Positions 55,017-64,000 of a DNA stretch of 64,000 nt are shown piece by piece. The notes under the pieces are model-generated. The model saw nothing but the letters and a program-made list of their open reading frames with translations, had not been told where the DNA came from and made no database searches. Where the stretch lies: contig JAQGDQ010000022.1 in assembly GCA_030141605.1 (NCBI GenBank), positions 434,001 to 498,000 on the forward strand, given 5' to 3'. Within the stretch, counting starts at the first letter, position 1. Every line of letters starts with the position of its first letter. The DNA is from Tubiluchus corallicola. Its lineage: Eukaryota > Animalia > Priapulida. The position numbers and the translations under genes were made by a program.

Positions 55017-58000
55017 TTAGTTGCTTTCAGATTCACCCTCTTTCTCTGTTAGTGCAAGTCCCGGTTTCAGCACGACCTGCACTGGTTCTGTACCCTCATC
55101 AAAAGCCACTCTTTCGTATAAATTCATCATATTCATCATAAACACAGAAAAGTCCTTAAATGTTGGTCGTGTGATCAACGCATTTTGCATCTCCTCGGCA
55201 AATCTGACGGGATCAGTTTGTGTCGCCTGATTAATGTGCTCATTGTACCGCCTAGCACATAAACTACAACCGGCGGTTAACTGAGTGCTTCGTGTACAGG
55301 TCACCTTATCGTTGATTTGCCTTGCTTTACCTATTAATACCCGCACACTCGAACTAATAAGTGATTCATCATTTACTAGGTCATGCATACCGGCATGTTG
55401 TTGCTTAGATTCACTAGAAGTTATCAGAGAAGATCTGGGATGAGAGGTCTTTGTGGTCAACTTGGACACTGACGCAGACTGACGTAACAACTTTGGTGAC
55501 AATTGTTGTTCTGAAATGTTCTGACGCGAAACAGAACTGTCTATTCGTTGAGCAGAATTTCTGGTTAACAGTTTAGATGGTGATGAAGCAGGCAGAGGAG
55601 ATGATGTCGTCGTTTGAGATTTTTCTGTAGAATGTGAAGATAAATCATTCGCTTTATTACATGAAGGATTTTTTGAAGGTGGTAACTTTGCATGCGATGT
55701 TACAGATACAGACTGATAAGTTGACACAGCAGAGACTGCTTTTGCTGAACTCACTGGTTTAGCTTTTGGAACTGTTACTCGGTCCAGTCGCACTTTAGGA
55801 ATGAGATCTTTCTTTGTATTTTGCAACTTACGCTTAGAAACTACAGGTGAATGAAACTTTGCCACTATGTCTTCATATTCGATTATTGGACGCTTGCGGC
55901 TTCTTTGTGGCCGATCTTCAATAACATTATTCAGTGCGTCTGAACCAACTGGAAAACAAATGCATGTAGTAAGAAACTGGATTTCAGTCATTTTTGCTCC
56001 GGGCTCCACTTTAGTTTCCCAAAAAATGTACACATAATATTAGCATAAAAAGGTTACTAAATCAAAAGAAGTTTTTAATTAAATCGCTTAGATCCTATTG
56101 CAAGCATATTTAAATACAATTAAGGTTCGGAATGTGCTAAAATGCCTAAAATACATTTCATATTCATTAATTGGCTTGATAATTGCAGTGCACATGCAGT
56201 ACAAATGCATCAACATCACCCCTGTTCTTACTGATGTGTTCTAACTCATTAACAGGGCTCCACCCAGTTACAGGCGATTAACTCATGTCTATATAAGTGT
56301 CTTTGCAGCTACAGTTAACTCTTTAAATGACACCAAAATAAGCATAGAAACATTTCTGCCAATTTTAGTGTGTTTCTTTTTAAAAATTTTATATTCTGTC
56401 TAATTTTAAACTTTATTTTATATTCACTGGAGTTCAACTGTCAGCCATCTCAAACTTCTTTTCGACAATTGTTTTCACTTCAGAAGGCAAACCTCTTTGC
56501 CCTTCGCCGTGCCTCTAGCCCTGATGCCCTCTGATTCACTTTCAGTGTTAAATCTCCATGTTTTGTAATTTACAGTTGGTTTCTCTTAGCATGCAGCCCC
56601 ACCAAAACAAATAACATCCCGATAATGAAACACACATGCACTCCAGGCTTAAAATCACTAGGATAAGAAGTAACTTAAACCATTCTCATCTATAAATTAT
56701 TAATGTTAGCAAAATACAAGTATAACAATTTGAACCTAATCACGGCTTTTCCAAGGAAAAAGTTAAATCAAGCTGTTCTACAACTAAAAAATACTAAAAA
56801 ATACTTTTTAGTGCATCATTACTGCTGATTTTTGCTATGCAGCTTAACAGTGATTTTAGAATTCTCAAAATAAAAAAACCAGAATTACATATTTAACTAC
56901 ATAATCTATTATAATGAACAACACCAAAACTGAATTTATTGCCGAGCCGGTTTCGAAAAACTGTTCATTGTCAAGGCATCTAAAAGAAAGAAATTTACCA
57001 AAGCCAAAAGATATATTATATAACATTATATAGATATTTTAACAATTTATCTTGCAGCTTACATGTTACATATTTGGCTATCTAACTGCTGAATAGCATT
57101 TCGATGCTGTTTCTAAATTCTGGTAAATTTCTGTGTTTTAGATGCCTTGACAATAAACAGTTTGTTCAAAACCGGTTGGCAACAAATTCAAGTTTGGTGT
57201 AGTTACATGTATTTGTCAAATATGGATAATTCAATTATTATAATAAATGTGTATAGATGTCTCTTACCGCATTTTCCTACGTGGTTCTTGTTTCCCCAAT
57301 CTTCCAACAGATTTTTTCTGAGGTCTACTTTGCGAGTATGCACTTCCATTCCAAATCTATTTGAAATAGTAATGGTCTCCTTTAAGTATCAGTATATATA
57401 TATAGCTAATTTGAGATGCCTACAATCTGCAAGTTGAGTTTTTTGGATTTTCTCAGTCTAATTTTCTATGCAGTGACTAAGAGTCCTACTCAGTCTTGGT
57501 TCTGAACTAAAATTCAGGTTATGTATTCAAATTGCAAAACAAACTCTTGCAAATCCTTTTCAGATACCCATTTATACAAATTGTCAAACATCCATTATAC
57601 TTACTTGTTAGATCTACTGCAAAATAAAACTTGACTAATATAATTGCTTATTCATAATTGTTACTCTGGCAAGTGGTGACCTAAAAATTTTTAATGTTGT
57701 TAAAGAACCATACAGTAGGTTGACAGCCATACTGGCTAAGGTGCTAAAACGTGTTTGTATGGATGAAAGACAACATTACAGATAAACAGAAGGTTTCAAG
57801 GCAATTCATGGGCCTAGGAGCTACTTGGTAAATAAGGAAAAATAGGAAACGTGGAATGTATCATTATAATAACATATATTTCAAGAAAAATTACTGATAA
57901 TGGAAAAGATAAATTAATGTCCAATAAACACAACTTATGTTTTCAAGAAAACTCACTATAATACAGTATAACATTATTATAGCGAACCTACTAGGAACAG

Positions 58001-61000
58001 AAAAAAGTAATCTATAAGCACACGTATGAGACTATTAAATAGATGGACAAGCACATATTAACAATAAAATTGTATAAATAATATGCTATGCATGGTTTCA
58101 TAGAGGACATAAAGTGCTTTTACAAGATGCTGTCAAGTAAAAACTACTTTGTAGTATATTCAAGTTCAATGACAAGTATTTTATGTGACTTCAGTAAACT
58201 AAAAATTATTGAATATTTCAGTTTAAATTGCATATACATGCTCAGTTGTAACTATAACTGACACATTCAATAAAGTGAATAAGATTCGAAAAAGTCAGTA
58301 ATTTTGATTTGCACAAAATTTCTGTTTGCCCTTTCTATCAATTTTTTGCAGTACAATTCTTCACTTGAGAAACATCTCAGCAGTGTGCTGGCAGTGTATA
58401 TACATACAACAGCTAAGTACCAAGACACTGAGTGACTCATTATATTTATATAGTACGTCAGTAGACAAGATGGCCTTTCAACACAGCATGTTAACAACTC
58501 CATATGCTGACAAATCAACAACTTTTTTGCAGTACCAAAGATGACGGGTTAAATATAACTGTAAATTAATTTGCAAATAGCTAGCAAAGGTAAAGTACAC
58601 AATAAAAACTTATTGATATCTAGTAAGTAGTTATGCAAACGATTGGGCAAGACAAAAAGTTTGTGATATGCAATAACAGAGTAAGATGTATTCAAACAAT
58701 TATGCTAGTGAAATAAATGATGAAAGTTCATGCTTTTTTGTGAGTTCACACTACCAGTTTGTACACAATAAACTATGTTCGCTATAATGGCGTTATACTA
58801 TAAAATCAAGTTTAGTGTAGCAAAATCCTAGTAAATGCAAGAAAGAGTTGGCAAACAACTCTTCATACTCTTGCAACTGATGGGTTGTTGCAGGTGAATT
58901 TACAAGTAACAACCCAGGTGTAAGCTAGGCATTTTTACATACAAGCAGCACAGCAACTTAATTTTGCACGGGTTTTCCAAACCACATAAGTTCTGAAATA
59001 CTTACTTTTACGTTAATACAAATTTTAATCAATGTACATAAGCAATTTTGAACCCAGCTAATTTCTAAAGTACTTTTAAAGCTGAATGGGAATTTATTTT
59101 CAGTTGGTTTTTGAAACTGCTAAACCTATAAATTGTGTGACCAGACTGCCTGTTACAGCTCTCAGGAAGTGCACGTAGTTCACATAAAAAACTTAATGTT
59201 AAGCCATAAACATTTGCTATTTCACTTTATAGTTCTGCTAAACCACGTGGAATACACTTTCATAAGAGGTAAAGGACCGATCTTACAGTAGCTAAAATGT
59301 ATTTTCCAAATAGTGATTCCTGGTGAGTTAGCACAAACTGTGACAATGTGAATTTCAGACCCATTTCACATGGAGGATGGGCCCGAAGAAATATTCCTTG
59401 CAACATTCTTTACAAAAATGGAAAATGTTGCTTTCTATCGGGCACTTCACATAGATGTCTCATCAGGAATTTTCCTCATGAACGGTTTTCCTCAAGAGAA
59501 ATTCTTCTGCAAGCTAGAAGCTATGCATCCTCCTCATGAGGAAATTTGCCACTTGACAATGATAAATTCTGTTTCACTTTTCCTGAGAATTACTCATGAA
59601 ATTTAAGTTGGTTATTTCTTTCTTGTATAACAAACAATTAACCTAATTCACAAAAAATTATAAGCTTTTAATCCATCTTTATCACGTAGATGAATTTTTG
59701 CTTTATTTATGCCACAGTAATGCTAGTTATATTTGCAAAAACAAATAAACAACATATTATTTATTCTCAAAATGTGAAGTGGTCAATAGCTAAATTAAAA
59801 ATGATTAAAAATCAGGTCTACTATTGGCAAACACTCATTAATTGTAATTTCTACAAATTGCAACCTGTAAAGGCATTGTAAATAGTAGGGTACTCTATAA
59901 TTCTAATAAAGTAATATATACATTATGTTTGCATAATGATATCAACAATGTTTGCATAACTGAAGATGAGGTGCTTTATGAGTTACAAAATCTCAATGTA
60001 AACAAATCTGCTCCAGATAGTTACCACCCACGTATTTTAAATTAATGTAGAACTGTGCTTTTCAAGCTTATATACACCTGACTGGATAGGTCTTTTGCTG
60101 ATTGTCAGTTAACTGGACAATGGAAGGTGACACAGGTTACTCCCATTCATAAAAATGGGGATAAGTCAGATCCATCGAACTGCAGGCCTGTTAGCTTACT
60201 AAATGCAATTGATAAGGTGGCAGAAAAAAACATGCGGAAGCATATAACGAACCATCTGGGTAAAACAACGGTTACCCAACTGTTACAATGTTATGATGTA
60301 TGATTTAAGTCAAAAGATGCTAATAAGCCTTTTGATATAATATTGCTGGACCTGCAAAAGCCATTTGATGTTGTACCTCATCATTTTCTGTTTACGAAAC
60401 TTAAAAATTATGGTATAACTGGTTCAGGTTTACAGTGGATAGTTAACTTCTTAGAAAATAGAAGACAATGCACGTGTGTTGATGGTTATAAATCGAGTGA
60501 TTACTAGTGGTTTACCACAAGGTTCGGTATTAGGTCCATGTTTATTTGTGGTAATTACAAATGATTTGCCTAGTTGTGCGAGCAATTCTCTTCGTCTTTT
60601 TGCTGACGACAGCAAAATCTGGTCTGAATCTAATTCTTTTACCAGCTGTAATGATCTTCAATTGGATCTAGAAGGGCTCTACGATTGGGCAATTGAAAAT
60701 GGTACGCAGTTACATCCCAACAAGTGTAAGGTTGTATCTGTGGGAGCAAGATATGAGTATGGATACCAAATGTATGATGCAAGTGGCATTCCGGCAGAAC
60801 TAGACTTTAGTGCTTATGAGAAAGACCTTGGATTATAACTGGATAATAAACTAAATTTTAAAGATCACATAGCTGAAATCATAAAGAACGCCAAACGAAA
60901 CAATGTTTTAGTAAGGAGGCATTTCAAGTACCTAGATCTGCAAACTTTTGAGCTTCTATATGTGGTACTTGTGTGATCAAAAGTGGAGTATGGAAGTAAT

Positions 61001-62732
61001 ACTTGGAATAGTCTAGAGCATATAAAGTGGACCCAGTCGAAGCTGTCCAAATGAGAGCTTTCAATATGCTACTGGAATTAATGAACTTATCGTATGAAAA
61101 TCAATGAAAACGAATAGGTTTTAGACTACTACATACTAAAGTAGTATGTACATACTATAAGTACATAGTGTAGACTAAAACTAACTACATTAATTAGCTT
61201 TTAGACATTTACGAGGTCAGCTAATTGATGTATACAAATATGTATCGAGTTTACAGCTGTGATAATGATTGTCCTGTTAAATTAGAAGTACATCGCACAT
61301 CAAGATCAGGTCCTATTCTTTATAAATCAAAAACTGCACACACAACTGGTAAATACGACTATTTTTCTCGTATGATGCCAGAGATCTGGAACAGATTGCC
61401 CGGTGATGTGAGAACAGCAACATCTGTAAATTCATTTAAATCAAAATTAGATAGACACGATCAACATCATCCATTGAAAAGTAATCATCATGCTAATTAG
61501 AACATGCCTATAACAAGGATGCTGGATTACATATTATAGTGAGAAAACCTGCCAGTGGAACCACCTAGGTGTTGATGACAATCTAATATATGTACAATCT
61601 GTCGCAATTACAGTGGAAGAACTATTTATCTACTACTACTACTACTACTGCCACTACCACTACCACTACTACTACTGCTACTACTAATACAAGGATGTTC
61701 AATGTCTACAATAGATGTTTAAAGCAAGAGAAGGCTTCAGTGTAATTCTCTTGCTGCATGCATTGGGGAGAAAACTAAAAAATGTTCCAAAAATTTTCCG
61801 GTTTTCTGAGTACAATTCTTTATGTCACGCTCGAGTCTTTTGTATAAAATGAACTTCACATGATACAGTCAATCGATCTAGGCCTTTACACAATATCCAT
61901 AATTCATAATCCAGAGATGGGGGTATTACTATTAGCATAAATGAACTAACTAAAACTGAAATTTTGAATGTAGCTCCTTGTATCAAATCAATCAAATGCC
62001 TTGTATTGAAAAACACTAACTTTCACGACTCACAGCTTGTGTTCAGGCTCTCAGGGTGTAAAAAACGAATTCTTCTTGTTAACATAACAGTGCAGTTAGT
62101 TAAAATACACCAGTGGTTGTTTTTGTTTGTGAATAAGGATCGGTCGTGCTGCAAGCCCAAGCACATAAAAATGATAAAGAGAATTAGCTATAAACTGTTA
62201 ATTCAACTGTTTTATAAATTCTCTAAAACAGATATTTGTCCTGATAGACTGCAAAGATCTGCTTTCATCATATCATCATCATACGCCCGTCACGTCTATT
62301 GTAGATATTGGGCAGGCAGAATTCTAAAATAAAAGAATAAATAAAATAATTTTAACGGAAGTGGTGCTGACAAGCCACTGGCGTAGCAGTGTCTAGTTTT
62401 TCTGCTGGATTACTGCTACGTTTACCTGTCTGAAAGCAGAAAGATCTGCTTTGTATACTTTGGAATAGGTATCAATATGATGAATCTTCTAATAATAAGT
62501 ACAAACTTTCAGTCAAAGCATACTCATATTGCCAGTCTCAAAGAAAATAAAATGAGAAATTAATGTAGAACTTTTTCAATCACGATAATGAACGTTAAAC
62601 GCGGAAATTATGGTAACGATTGTAATTTATTGTCAGATAATTGTACATTTTATATTTCCGTCTTCAAACATTCTGTTACCGTTACCGTCGAAGGATAGAG
62701 GTTAAGCATACATAGCTGATAAACCTCTCCAT
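55017..62732 (-). CDS. Uncharacterised multi-exon protein (~450 aa): small folded N-terminus, long Ser/Thr/Lys-rich disordered region, C-terminal helix; tentatively REC114-like
   Basis: Phase-compatible exons 62732-62712 (MERFISY), 62488-62426, 62323-62285, 62148-62034, 61928-61829 (donor uncertain), 57616-57605 (micro-exon), 57356-57268 and 55948-55017. The terminal 932-nt exon is well supported (long ORF, acceptor ttttccag). The junction across the LINE-containing intron is uncertain. Confidence 0.65.
59940..61690 (+). mobile_element. 5'-truncated, decayed CR1/L2-group LINE (RT domain) with (CTA)n tail
   Basis: Broken frames ITEDEVLYELQNLNVNKSA-PD, WKVTQVTPIHKNGDKSDPSNCRPVSLL, LDLQKPFDVVPH, SGLPQGSVLGPCLF, LFADDSKI, EKDLG and IWNRLP...NSFKSKLD. 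The (CTA)n/(CCA)n tail is at 61630-61686. Confidence 0.93.
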
Positions 62733-62829
62733 TCTTCCTTGTTTACTTTATCACTATTTAACAATTCTGTAGCGATCATAGACATAGAACATTTATTTTC
62801 TCTAGTTAGTTTAACATCAAAAGTTTTTT

Positions 62830-64000
62830 AAATATTAAGTAATTATAATCATGGAGTAGGGCAGGGAAGGACCATAGGGTCATCCAGTCTCCTGCCCTTT
62901 CTTATAAATAGATTGGTATATTAAAAATTAACGGTGATGCTGCAGATAACAAAAACGAATAAGAAAAAATAATAAAAACAGTATAAATGATACAAATTAT
63001 CCAAAAAGAACTGAAAACAAAAAATAATAAAGTTAGATACCTAAAGCTAAACAAAACAATACAATTATTCGGTAATTAGGATTATTATATGTAGTAGTTT
63101 CAAATGGGGTCTTATTAAGGTTAGTGAGTAAAGTTAAAAACTGAGAGTATGGAAAGAAAAAAATAAGCATCAAAAGTGTATTATAGAAAATTTATGAGAA
63201 AAAGTAAGTATGAGAAAGAGCAACAATTACTTAGGAGATGAGGAGAAAAAAAGAAAAGAAAGAAAAACTTGCTAGCTTGCTTATTAGTCTTACAAGTTAT
63301 GTACTACTGGTATATCCATTTAGTAAGATTTTTGTGTATTTTTTGGAAGCAGAAAATAAGCTATCTTCAACGGTATCTTTTGGCAACGAATTCTATAATT
63401 TAACTCCTCGTGATTTTAAGCTATTGAAACCATTAGAAGCAGCTCTTGTGAAGTAGGAATGTATATCAGAAACATTAGTGAAATAATAAACCAACATTGA
63501 ATTTATACATAAATTTGAACAACTCAAGATTGTAAATATCTCTTACCTTTAAAATTTGTAATTTTATGAACGATGGTGTGGCATGATCATATTTGCGAGC
63601 AAAAGTTATTAATTTTACTATTTTGTTTTGTTGTGTCTGTATTAATTTTTGAATTGATGCAAAAGCCGTACCCCATGTTAAGATGGAATATTGTAAATAA
63701 GGGAAAATTCATGAATTATATAGAAGTTTCAGAATATATTGGTCAACGTAGTGCCTGATTTTTAAAATTATTCCGGTAATTCGACTTAATTTGTATGTCA
63801 TGTGTTTTACATGTGGTTCCCATGATAATTTGTTATCAATAAGTAGGCCCAAGTATTTGATGTTGTCTGTTTCTTCAATTTTGTGTTTGTTTATTATAAT
63901 ATGAAATTTTGGATTATTAGCACTGTTAATTTGCTTGTTGTTGATTATCATAAATTTGGTTTTTTTGTAGTTAATTGATAGCTGGTTTGCCCTCATCCAC
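62830..64000 (-). mobile_element. L2/Crack-group LINE 3' part (runs off the window end)
   Basis: ANQLSINYKKTKFMII...KYLGLLIDNKLSWEPHV...LYNS followed by decayed frames. A 3' stem-loop AGGGCAGG...CCTGCCCT lies at ~62858-62898. Confidence 0.88.

Noticed and set aside
59287-59606. Exon-like block and two overlapping plus-strand ORFs
   Set aside because: All three minus-strand frames between the candidate splice sites contain stops; the plus ORFs have no recognisable motif or gene context.
62358-62429. ACQHHF peptide suggesting a THAP domain
   Set aside because: It lies within a better-supported ~100-nt intron (62425-62324). No upstream CxxxC or conserved W/P residues, and it would require an implausibly short intron.

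Overview
AT-rich eukaryotic (invertebrate animal, possibly arthropod) genomic DNA with spliceosomal introns; no prokaryotic features or CRISPR. Reading splice sites and frames by hand gives four genes. (1) A 16-coding-exon xylulose kinase (XYLB, +, 4911-19101, 530 aa). (2) A 9-coding-exon SLC35F3/F4-type transporter (+, 24166-51262, 427 aa). (3) A 4-exon, 1423-aa LRR transmembrane receptor nested antisense inside one SLC35F intron (-, 41072-47094). It joins three separate ORF-track entries, uses one GC-AG intron, and has a double LRR ectodomain, mucin-like stalk, TM helix and short TIR-less tail ending in a PDZ-type motif. (4) An unidentified multi-exon gene (-, 55017-62732) with a 12-nt micro-exon and weak REC114-like hallmarks. 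Introns and spacers hold Tc1/mariner-type MITEs, decayed LINEs, a tRNA/5S-like SINE, tandem duplications and microsatellites. The most intriguing leads are the nested Toll-like-ectodomain receptor, an AUG-less transmembrane micro-ORF reachable by +1 frameshift upstream of SLC35F, RFX X-boxes around SLC35F, and a D-to-E change in the XYLB phosphate-1 motif. All models are manual and unverified by RNA data.
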